The position numbers and the translations under genes are program-made. A stretch of DNA of 64,000 nucleotides, taken from Planctomycetota bacterium. GTDB taxonomy: Bacteria; Planctomycetota; UBA1135; UBA2386. Location of the stretch: contig OZ245006.1 in the NCBI GenBank assembly GCA_965223545.1, positions 672,001 through 736,000 of the forward strand, in the 5' to 3' direction. Under the pieces are notes generated by a model that was given only the letters and a program-made list of their open reading frames with translations, searched no databases and was not told the DNA's origin. Every line of letters begins with the position of its first letter. The stretch's first letter is position 1. This document shows, in pieces, positions 41,550-50,700 of the stretch.

Positions 41550-44090
41550 ATGACTACCGAACGCACGTCGCTCGCCCTGATCGTTCTGACCCTTGCCTTG
41601 CTGCAGACGACTCGAGAAGACGCGCCAATCCCCGTGCAGGCGCGGCACGAAGCCACAACGGCACCAGCGCTCTCTCGCCTGTTCGAGACATTCGTGGAGA
41701 ATCAGGGGCAATGGCCACACCCATCGAGATTCGTGACTCGATGCGGCCCAACGGACGTCCATCTTGATCCCTCGGGCTTGACGTTCTTTTGGCGTGGTCG
41801 CCACGACACACCGGTGTGCGAGCTCAAAATCGAAGGTTTGTCAGAGGAGCTGCGCATCGTCGGGCGTGAACGCACCCGCGAATCCCACAGCTTCTTTCGG
41901 GGCAACGATCCGAACCATTGGCGAAGTGACGTCGGCTCTTATCGGCAAGTCGTCTATGAGGATCCTGTTTCCGGCATCGGCGTCAGAGTGCGCCGTTGCC
42001 AAGCCGGCAACTTGGAGTACGACCTCGAACTGGGCCCCAACACCAGCTTGAGTTCCGTTGTCCTCCAATGGAAAGCTGCCGGTCGCATGCAGCTGGGCTC
42101 CGATGGAGCGCTGGAGATCGAAACCAGCGTGGGACGGCTCCGGCAGCGGATACCCGCGGCTTGGCGAGTCGGCCAGGACGGAGCCCACGAACTGGTGCGG
42201 TGCGAGTTCCGCCTTATCGACGATCAACGCTTTGGGTTCGCGGTGCACGACCTGGCTTCTGGAGAGCACCTGGTCATCGATCCGGTACTGGAGTGGTCAA
42301 CCTTCTTGGGAGGCGCCGGCGCGGACGCAGTTGTCAACATCGTACCGCACAGCGACGGCAGTGTGGTGCTGTTGGGGGCTACTGGCTCGACCAACTTGCC
42401 GGTGGCCCAAGGCGCGTTCGCACCCACCTTCTCCGGGCCGCTGTCAGCCGGCCCTTTCGGCGATATGTTCGTCGCACGACTCTCTCAAGATGGTCAGAGC
42501 CTGGACCAGTGTACGTACTTGGGAGGAAGCGGCATGGAGGTGCCGCAGATGATCCGTCTCACGAGCAGTGGGGACGCGGTCATATCGGGAAGCACCGCTT
42601 CTCCTGACTTCCCTACGACTCCTGCTGCTTTCGACCGGACGTACGGGGGCGGCCGCCGTGATGGATTCCTGGCCAAGCTCTCGGCGGACGGGCGACAGCT
42701 CATGTTCGGAACGTTCCTGGGAGGTCGCGGACAGGACGATCTCGGAGAACTGACACTGGATGGGTCTGGTGCGCTGATCGTCCCCGGGGCAACGGACTCA
42801 CCGGATTTTCCGGTCACGCCGAACGCCTTCTCGATGAGCGGCAGCGGCCAGCTCGACGGCACGCTCGCGGTACTTTCGCCGGACGCAAGTACCCTCTTGT
42901 ACAGCACGCTCATCGGGGGCAGTGGCATTGACGGCGTCGCGTGGTCCTCGATGACGAACAACGGAGACCTCGTGTTTGCCGGGAGCACATACTCGGCGGA
43001 CTTCCCGGTGACCGCAGGAGCTTTCGATCGCTCCCACAACGGCGAATCCGACGTGTTCGTGGGACTGCTCGATCCACGAACCAGCGCACTGATCTACTCC
43101 ACTTTTGTCGGGGGAGAGCTTACAGAGCGCTTGACTGGAATCGCACTCGACACCAGAGATGCGGTGACCATTGGTGGAGAAACCCATTCACTGCGCTTCC
43201 CGGTGACGACCGGTGCGTTCGACAGTAGTCCGAACGGCAACCTGGACTCGTTCGTCGCGCGTGTTGCCCCTGATGGTTCTCGCCTGGAGTTCTCGACATA
43301 TCTCGGCGGCGGCGGGCACGACCACGTGACAGCGATTGCTTTGGATGGCCGCGGAACCGTAACCATCGTCGGGGGCACGAGCTCACCAAACTTCCCTGTG
43401 ACGGCCGGCTGCTACGATCCGACCTACAACAGCCCCGTGCCACCCTACCTACCCGACGCGTTCGTGGCACGAATGGCTCCGGCCGGGACGGAGCTGTACT
43501 ACGCGACGTTCTTCGGCGCACGAAACAACGACTTCGCCTACTGCGTGTCGCACACCCCCGAAGGCAGTGTCGTTGTCAGTGGAGAGAGCGCATCTCCGGC
43601 ATTCCCCATAACTCCCGGCGTCCTGATGCCCGTGCCAGCCGGTGGATTCGACGGGTTCATTGCCGAGCTGGATCTGCTGCCAACCGGCGTGCGACGCGTA
43701 GGGGACGGTTCCGCCTACTGCGGCGGCACCCCCACCGCGGGGGTCACCGCCATGCCCTACGTTGGCAACCGAAACTTTCGCCTGACTTGCGACGACGCCC
43801 CAACGTTGGGCGTGGGGGAGATCCTGTTCGCTGGCGCGTCGCTTGCGACGCCCTTCTCGGTGGCCGCGGCAGCGATCTGGCTTGACCTGAACGGTCCGTG
43901 GTGGTTCGGGGTCCCAGTGCGCGCAGATAGTGTCGGCGGCATCGAGTTCGCCGTGCCGATTCCCTCCCGGCCGAGCCTCGCGGGCTTTGCGTTCCATGCG
44001 CAGTTCTTGTGGTACGTTCCGGGCTCGGGCAGCTGTCCGACCAACGGTCTGTCGGCATCAAGTGCGCTCGAGATCGTGGTGCAACCGTGA
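41550..44090 (+). CDS. Secreted SBBP (beta-propeller) repeat protein
   Basis: Signal peptide, N-terminal FVENQGQW...LEYD...LVIDP domain, repeated YST(F/Y)LGG...G.T.S.DFP(V/T)T.GAFD units, distinct C-terminal domain. Confidence 0.85.
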   Translation: MTTERTSLALIVLTLALLQTTREDAPIPVQARHEATTAPALSRLFETFVENQGQWPHPSRFVTRCGPTDVHLDPSGLTFFWRGRHDTPVCELKIEGLSEELRIVGRERTRESHSFFRGNDPNHWRSDVGSYRQVVYEDPVSGIGVRVRRCQAGNLEYDLELGPNTSLSSVVLQWKAAGRMQLGSDGALEIETSVGRLRQRIPAAWRVGQDGAHELVRCEFRLIDDQRFGFAVHDLASGEHLVIDPVLEWSTFLGGAGADAVVNIVPHSDGSVVLLGATGSTNLPVAQGAFAPTFSGPLSAGPFGDMFVARLSQDGQSLDQCTYLGGSGMEVPQMIRLTSSGDAVISGSTASPDFPTTPAAFDRTYGGGRRDGFLAKLSADGRQLMFGTFLGGRGQDDLGELTLDGSGALIVPGATDSPDFPVTPNAFSMSGSGQLDGTLAVLSPDASTLLYSTLIGGSGIDGVAWSSMTNNGDLVFAGSTYSADFPVTAGAFDRSHNGESDVFVGLLDPRTSALIYSTFVGGELTERLTGIALDTRDAVTIGGETHSLRFPVTTGAFDSSPNGNLDSFVARVAPDGSRLEFSTYLGGGGHDHVTAIALDGRGTVTIVGGTSSPNFPVTAGCYDPTYNSPVPPYLPDAFVARMAPAGTELYYATFFGARNNDFAYCVSHTPEGSVVVSGESASPAFPITPGVLMPVPAGGFDGFIAELDLLPTGVRRVGDGSAYCGGTPTAGVTAMPYVGNRNFRLTCDDAPTLGVGEILFAGASLATPFSVAAAAIWLDLNGPWWFGVPVRADSVGGIEFAVPIPSRPSLAGFAFHAQFLWYVPGSGSCPTNGLSASSALEIVVQP

Positions 44091-44155
44091 TCCGACGTCC
44101 ATGGCGTCGAGTACGCGCAGGAGATGAACTGCTTCGGGGTTCGAGTTCGTGCTCG

Positions 44156-44432
44156 TCAGCGTCCATCCGGATCCTCCTCCAGCATGCCGAGCTGATCCAG
44201 GTCGTCGAGGGCCGGCATCGAGCACGAACTCGCCACCCTCGATTCGGTAGCCGATGTGACCGAGCACGCGACGCGCGGGAGCCAGGTCGTGGGGACGCAG
44301 CAACAGATCGATGTCCTTGGTTAGCCTCGGGTAGCCGTGGATCGCGACCGCAAATCACCCGCAAACGGCGTAGTCGATTCCGGCCTTGGCCAAGGCATCG
44401 ACGACTGCGAGGAACTCGTCGCGAAGAATCAT
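44156..44432 (-). pseudogene. Degraded nucleotidyltransferase-family gene
   Basis: MILRDEF...YAVCG*FAVAIHGYPRLTKDIDLL has an in-frame TGA at 44355-44357 in the GG motif. After FVLDAG the frame shifts directly into a C-terminus-like LDDLDQLGMLEEDPDGR*, implying an internal deletion. Confidence 0.75.
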
Positions 44433-44511
44433 CCGCCTGCACTGTACGCCGACCTCCACGCAAGGGGGCACACCGATCTGCTCCGGGGTCAGGCCGCTGG
44501 CCGGTTCTCGG

Positions 44512-47091
44512 TCAGCCCCCGTCGAGTCGAGCCAGAATCTCACGCAGCACCACAACGCGCGGATGCCCAGCTCCAAACCGCTGTTCGATCACCGCCAGTG
44601 CGGCCTTGATGCGCTCGGCGACCTCGGCGGCACGCCCCTGTGCCTGCAGACACACGCCCATCAGATAGTCCAGCAACGCACCCTGCAACGGCGACAGCTC
44701 CACGCCGCCCCTCACCGCGCGCTCGACGCCCTGCACCGCGGGCCATCCGGCAGCCCACCCGTCGTGCTCGACGACGAACAGCGCGTGGTCGAGGCGCGCG
44801 CGCACGCCGGCCGGGTGGTCTTCGGGCATGGCATCGAACACCTCCATCGCCCGCACCCACTCGTCGCGCGCCGCGTCCACGTCGCCCACCCCGAGCAGCG
44901 CACCGGCGAGCAGGCTGCGTGTGCGCCCGACCTGGGGGTGACGGGCTGGCAGCAGCTCGAGCTGCAGGACCAGACACTCCCGCAGGCGATCCACGGCGGC
45001 GGCGTGACGCTCGCCGTGCACGTCGAGCACGGCGAGGTTGGCCAACGTCCGCGCCAGCCCCTCGCTGCCGCGCCGACCGAGCGCGCGCAATCCACTCTCG
45101 ACGCGCTCGAGCAGCTCCGCCGCGCGCTCTAGGTCGCCCCGCTGCTGGGCGCAGGCGGCGAGGTTGGCGGTCGTCTGCAGCGTGCGCTCGTGACCGCTGC
45201 CGAGCAGCCGCTCGCGAATCGCCAGTGCCTCGGCCAGCAGTGGCTGCGCCGCTTCCCCCGCGCCGGCGCCCAGGTGCAGCACGCCGAGATTGTTCAAGCT
45301 CTCGGCCACCGGCAGTCCGCCCGGCACCGAGTCCCGCCGCAGCTGCAACGCCTCCTCGTGCAACCGGAGCGCGCCGTCGCGGTCGCCGACGACGCGGTGC
45401 GCCACCGCCAAGTCATTGGCGGCGCGGCCGAGATCGCTGTGCGCCCCACGCGGCAGAGCGCGCTGCAGCTCGTAGCTCTCAGCCAGGACGCGCAGCGCGC
45501 GGTCGTGCTCACCGACGGCGTAGTGGTACTGGCCGAGGCGCGACAGGCTCAGCGCATACTCGAGCGAACGCTCGCCGTAGAGCGCGCGCCGGGTCGCCGC
45601 GGCCTCTTCGATCAACGCCAGCGCCGCCGGCTGGTGGTGCAGAGCCAACTGCACCCCTCCCAGGCCGTCGAGCAGGTTCGCGCGAACGTGCGGGACGGTC
45701 TCGAACCGGCGGCGCACGCTGTCGGCAAACCGCCCCACCTCGGCGCCGATCTCGACAACGCGGTCGTCGGTCAGCGATTCCGCGCGCAAGAACGTGTCCA
45801 TCAAGAACTCGACCATGACCTGCGCCGACTCCGCCTCGCTGCCGGCGTGGTTGCGCTCGCGACGCGCCTCTGCCGCCCAATACAAGCTCAACCCCATGCC
45901 GACCAACAGGGAAGCCAGCACCGCACCGGCGGCGGCGACCGGCACCCGGTGCCGGCGGACGAACAGGGCGGCGCGGCGCAGCCCACTCACCGGCCGGGCA
46001 CGCACCGGCAACGCCGTCAACCAGCGCTCGAGATCCACCGCGAGCTCGGCCACCGATCCGTAGCGCCGCGCCACGTCGCCGGCCATCGCCATGCCGACGA
46101 CCGCGTCGAGGTCGCCGCGCAGGCGCTGCGCCAGCGCGGCTGCGGTGCTCTCGCCCCGCCGTGCCGCGGCCGCGTCACCAGCGCGCAGTGCCGCCGCACT
46201 CGGTGCTCCTGCACCACTTGCCTCTGCGGTCTCACCGGTCAGCAGAGAGTGCAGGACACCGCCCAGCGCGTACACGTCCACCGCCGTCGACAGCGCTTCG
46301 CCAGCCTGCTGCTCCGGACTGGCGTAGCCCGCCGTAAAGGCCGGCACCGCGGTCGACGACGCCGCTCCCCCCGCCCCGTGATCCGCCAGGACCTGCGCGA
46401 TGCCGAAATCGACCAACACCGGATCGCCGCGCTCGGTGACCAGAAGATTCGCCGGCTTGAGATCGCGGTGGATGATGAGACAGCGGTGCGCGTGCTCGAC
46501 GGCCTGGCAGACCCGCAGCACCAGCCTCACGCGACCGGCGAGGCCGATGCGCAGCCGATCGCAGAACGCATCGATCGGCTCGCCATCGACCAGCTCCATC
46601 ACCAGGTACGGCAAGCCCTCGGCCGTGGTGCCGCCGTCGAGCAACCGCGCGATGCCGGCGTGGGACAACCGCGCCAGCGTGTGTCGCTCGCGTTCGAAGC
46701 GCCGCACGGCATCGCGCGACAACGGGCCGCTGATCAACTTGACCGCGGCTTCGCCTTCGTAGGCGCCATCGTCGCGCCGCGCGCGAAACACCACCCCCAT
46801 GCCGCCTTCACTGATCCGCTCCAACAGGCGCCAACGACCGATCCGCGTAGGCGGCGCGTCGCCGCCCCATGCGCCGATCAGGCCCACTGCCGCGGGCCGC
46901 GACAACGGCCCTTCGGCGGCGGCGTCGGCGACGAGCATGCGCTCCACTTCGCGCTGCAGGAGAGCATCCCCCGCACACTGCGCCGAGAGCCAGACACCGC
47001 GCTCCGCCTCGGGCAGCGCTGCGGCGCCCTCGAACAGCCGTTCGATCCGCTGCCAGCGCTCTCCCGTCAGCCGACTGCTCGCGTCACCCAC
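44512..47091 (-). CDS. Hanks-type Ser/Thr protein kinase with TM helix and C-terminal TPR repeats
   Basis: N-terminal ERWQRIERLF..A..LP..ER, EGGMGVVF, AVK, HRDLKPAN, DFG, YASPEQ, DVYALG, TM segment, kinesin-light-chain-like TPRs. Confidence 0.92.
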   Translation of the reverse strand: MGDASSRLTGERWQRIERLFEGAAALPEAERGVWLSAQCAGDALLQREVERMLVADAAAEGPLSRPAAVGLIGAWGGDAPPTRIGRWRLLERISEGGMGVVFRARRDDGAYEGEAAVKLISGPLSRDAVRRFERERHTLARLSHAGIARLLDGGTTAEGLPYLVMELVDGEPIDAFCDRLRIGLAGRVRLVLRVCQAVEHAHRCLIIHRDLKPANLLVTERGDPVLVDFGIAQVLADHGAGGAASSTAVPAFTAGYASPEQQAGEALSTAVDVYALGGVLHSLLTGETAEASGAGAPSAAALRAGDAAAARRGESTAAALAQRLRGDLDAVVGMAMAGDVARRYGSVAELAVDLERWLTALPVRARPVSGLRRAALFVRRHRVPVAAAGAVLASLLVGMGLSLYWAAEARRERNHAGSEAESAQVMVEFLMDTFLRAESLTDDRVVEIGAEVGRFADSVRRRFETVPHVRANLLDGLGGVQLALHHQPAALALIEEAAATRRALYGERSLEYALSLSRLGQYHYAVGEHDRALRVLAESYELQRALPRGAHSDLGRAANDLAVAHRVVGDRDGALRLHEEALQLRRDSVPGGLPVAESLNNLGVLHLGAGAGEAAQPLLAEALAIRERLLGSGHERTLQTTANLAACAQQRGDLERAAELLERVESGLRALGRRGSEGLARTLANLAVLDVHGERHAAAVDRLRECLVLQLELLPARHPQVGRTRSLLAGALLGVGDVDAARDEWVRAMEVFDAMPEDHPAGVRARLDHALFVVEHDGWAAGWPAVQGVERAVRGGVELSPLQGALLDYLMGVCLQAQGRAAEVAERIKAALAVIEQRFGAGHPRVVVLREILARLDGG

Positions 47092-47115
47092 CGATCGCTC
47101 CCCCCGCTCCCCGCG

Positions 47116-47679
47116 TCAGCCGGCGGCCCCCGTGGCCGGCAACCGACTCTCGAGCCACGCCCGCGCGACGCGCCAGCGGCGCGCCACGGTGCTCGGCGAC
47201 ACGCCGAGCAGCTCCGCGATCTCCTCGACCGTGAGGCCGACGAAGAAGCGCAGCTCGACCAGCTGTGCCGCCTCCGGGCTGGCTTCGCCCAGATCGCCCA
47301 GCGCTTCGTGCACGGCGAGCACCACCGCATCCGCGTGCTCGTCGGGCAGCCCCGTGGCGTCGAGGGTGGTGCGCTGCTGCACGCCACCACGCTTGTCCGC
47401 GGCGCGGGCGCGCGCGTGCTCGGTCAAGATCCGGCGCATCGCCGTGCCGGCGGCGGTGAAGAAGTGCGCGCGGTTGTCGAACGCGCCGCCCGCGGTCTGC
47501 AGCCGCATCCAGGCCTCGTGGACCAGCGCCGTGGGCTGCAGCGTGTGGCTGCCGCGCTCGTTCTGCATCGCGGCCCGCGCCATCCTGCGCAGCTCGTGAT
47601 AGACCGCGGCAACGAGTCGCTCGACCCCGTCGCCGCCGTCCTCTCGCGCCACCTGCAGCAATCGGGTGATGTCGTCCAT
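47116..47679 (-). CDS. ECF sigma factor, TIGR02999 (Rhodopirellula/Verrucomicrobium) type
   Basis: ITRLL, VYHELRRMA, HTLQPTALVHEAW, HFF.AA..AMRRIL, KRGG, VELRFF.GLT.EE, W..ARAWL. Confidence 0.92.
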   Translation of the reverse strand: MDDITRLLQVAREDGGDGVERLVAAVYHELRRMARAAMQNERGSHTLQPTALVHEAWMRLQTAGGAFDNRAHFFTAAGTAMRRILTEHARARAADKRGGVQQRTTLDATGLPDEHADAVVLAVHEALGDLGEASPEAAQLVELRFFVGLTVEEIAELLGVSPSTVARRWRVARAWLESRLPATGAAG

Positions 47680-47685
47680 GCCGAG

Positions 47686-47691
47686 ACGATA
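47686..47691 (-). promoter_or_regulatory. Candidate -10 element for a leaderless ECF sigma transcript
   Basis: TATCGT lies 6 nt upstream of ATG 47679, with no Shine-Dalgarno in between. Confidence 0.4.
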
Positions 47692-47753
47692 CCGCCGCTG
47701 CGGCGCTGCGCGCGGGCACGGACGCGACCCATGGAACCGTCGTTGCCACCGGA

Positions 47754-50700
47754 TCAGCGGACGTCGACCTCGAGGCCGTTGCTGGCGACGTAGCCGAACA
47801 CGCCCGCGCGGTCGGCGACGAAAGCCTGCGCCGTCAGCACCGCCTGCGCGGTGCCGACCGGCACCGCCACCGGCAGCCGCAGCCGCCCGTCGCCGTCGGT
47901 GACGAACGGAAGCTGGGCCAGCGGCGCCTGGATCCACAGGGTGCAACCTCCACCGAGCGGCGTCGCCGCCCGGCCGGTCCCGACCCACAGCACGCCGGCG
48001 GCCCCGGGGGCGGCACCGGCGACGCGCAGGGCGAACGCCTCCCCCCCCGCCGGCGTCCCTTCGCCCGCGAGCCACACCAGGCCGTTGCTGCCGGCACAGC
48101 CGCGGCCATAGGGCACGGTCAGCAGTGGGTCCAGGCGGAAGGCGGTGGTCTCGCAGTTGACGAGCGCGCTCCACCGCGCGTTCGCCCTGCTCTCACCTTC
48201 GCCGACGATCTGCCCCAGATCGTTGACGCCGTGCGCCGCGCGCAGCTGCCAGCCAAACGCGTCGGCAGGGTCGACGAGATCCTGCAGCGAGACGATGCCG
48301 TCGGTGTCGGTGTAGAGGAACCCGCGCGCGACGAAGCGCGCGTCCGAGGACGTGCCGACGACGTGGCCGTGGTCGTTGACGTGCAGACCGCGCGCCTTCT
48401 CGTCGCCCGGCAGCCGTCCGACCTCTTGCATGACACCGGCCTGCCAGCGGAACGCGCGGCTGTCGCCAGTGCGCCAGTCGACGGACGTCCCGGTCACTTC
48501 ATCGACGTCGTTGACGGCATAGGCAAACGAGTAGAGGTCGCCGGGGAGCGTGCCGAGTCCGCGCATGCCGGCCGCCGGCGTCCACAAGAACGCCTCCTGC
48601 CCGCCGTTGCGCGGGCCACTCGGGTCGGTGAACGACTCGCCCACCACGTGGCCGCGGTTGTTGACGTCGTAGGCCGTGCTCGCCACGCCGTTGAGAGTGC
48701 CGAGATCGATGCTGCCGGCGCCGGGGGTGAACAGGAGGGCGCGGGCAAAGCCCATCGGGTCGGCCCGCCCGGCGACCTGCCGGGCATCGTTGACGCCGTG
48801 CCCGGCGCCGGTGGTCGCGCCGCCGAACAACGGCACGTTCAGCAACGCCATGCCGGGCACGAAGAGCACCGGCTGCCGCCCTTGATCGCCGGCCATCGCT
48901 CCGGTCTCGGCCAAGTCGGCCGGCACGATCGGCAGCGCGCTCAGCCCGGTGGCATCGTCGTGCGCGAATCCACTGGTCGAGCCCCGCCCGCCGAAGCCGA
49001 CCGTCAGGCCGCGGTTGTTGATCTTGCGCGCGTGCATCGGCACGCCCTGGCCGCCGCCCAAGCGCCCGAGATCGACGATGCCGTAGCGCGCTCCGTACCA
49101 GACGTCGACGACGTCGCTGGCACTGCCGGCGCCACCGATGGCGGTGATGGTCGCCTGTCCGCGCGGCGCCGACGACGAACTGCTCACCGCGAACTGCACG
49201 CTCACCGCCCCCGGCGGCACCGTGACCTGAGCCGGCACCGAGACCGACCCAGCCGGACTCGCGCGCAGCGCGACGACGAGCCCCGTTGCCGGCGCGGGGC
49301 CGTCGAGCGCGACGGTGGCCGTCGTCTGGTCACCACGCGCCAGCTTGTCGGTGGCGACCGCCAACCCACTCACACCGCTCACGGTCTCCGCCAGGCGCAC
49401 CACGAACCCGTCGGTGAGCGAGCCCGGAGGTCCGACCAGCTGGGGCTGGAATGCGCCGGCGGTGACCGGCACCGAGTTGGGCGACGACGTCGAGCCGCCG
49501 ATCCAAACGCCTCCCGCGCCATCGATCGCCAGCGCCGCCCCGCCTGGACGGGTGACCGCACGGTACTCGTAGCACAGCAGCGCCCCATCGGTGCTCATCC
49601 GCACGACCTTCGCACCCGCCGTCACTCCACCGGGCACCGCGTCGCCGTTCAGCAGCGCCACGACCTGCCCCAACCGATCGACCTTGAGGTCGGCCACGGC
49701 GTCGGCGGAGTTGTAGACGCCGAGGTAGGTCGCCCAAGTCAGCGCGCTGCCGTCGGGGCGGAGCGCGCCCAGCCAACCGTCACCCTGGCCACTGGAGCCG
49801 GCGGCGAACGTGTAGTCGGTCTGCCACGCGCCATACGTCACGGGAAAGCAGGGATCCCGCGTCGAGCCACCGAGGTAGACCGCGCCGGTCGCGTCGACAT
49901 CGATCGCGGCCGGCGCGCTCGGCAGCCGGGTGGCCCAGGTCAACGCCGCGCCCGCCGGATCGAGCTTGGCGACGTAGCCGCCACCGCGCGCCGACCAAGC
50001 TCCCGGGGAAACCGGAAAGTCCGCCGAGCCGGTGACGCCCGCGACCAAGACACCGCCGCCGGCATCGACGCGGACCGCATTGGCGGTCTCGGCCGAGCTG
50101 CCGCCGAAGTACGTCGACCACAGCAGGCCCCCCGCGGGATCGAAGCGCGCGACGAACGCGTCCTGGCCGCCGCCCAGCGAGGGCTGCAGTGCGTTGCGCA
50201 CCGGAAAGTCCGCCGAGCCGGTGGTGCCGACGACCCACGCGCTGCCGGCCGCGTCGACGAACACATCGCCGCCGTTGCTGATGCTGGAGCCGAGCCGCGG
50301 CGGGGTGTTCTCCTCAGCGCTTCCACCCAGGTAGGTCGAGTAGACGAAGCCCGAGCCATCCGGCAGCAGCTTGGCGACGAACGAGTCGACGTTCCCATTG
50401 AGCTGCGGCTGCACCGCGTTCTGCACCGGAAAGTCGGCCGCCGCGGTCTTGCCGACGACCACGGCATGCCCGCCGGCGTCGGCACCCACCGCGAGCGCGG
50501 TCTCGTAGTCGTCGAACGCGCTGTTGCCGCCCAGGTAGGTCGAGTAGATGAGAGCGGTGCCGGTCGGGTCGACCTTGGCGACGAACGCGTCCCAAGTGGA
50601 AGTCAGGCCACTGCTCGGGCCCGCGGTGGGCAGATCGGGAGACGCCGTGATGCCGACGACGTAGGCGTTGCCAGCCGGGTCGATGGCGAGATCCAAGACC

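Noticed and set aside
42270..43670. Periodic sequence similarity as a CRISPR or other DNA repeat array
   Set aside because: The periodicity is protein-level SBBP repetition with degenerate DNA; there are no identical repeats with unique spacers.
44355..44357. In-frame TGA after VCG as possible selenocysteine or recoding
   Set aside because: The position corresponds to a conserved Gly, the gene also has a deletion/frameshift, and TGA is the normal stop throughout the window.
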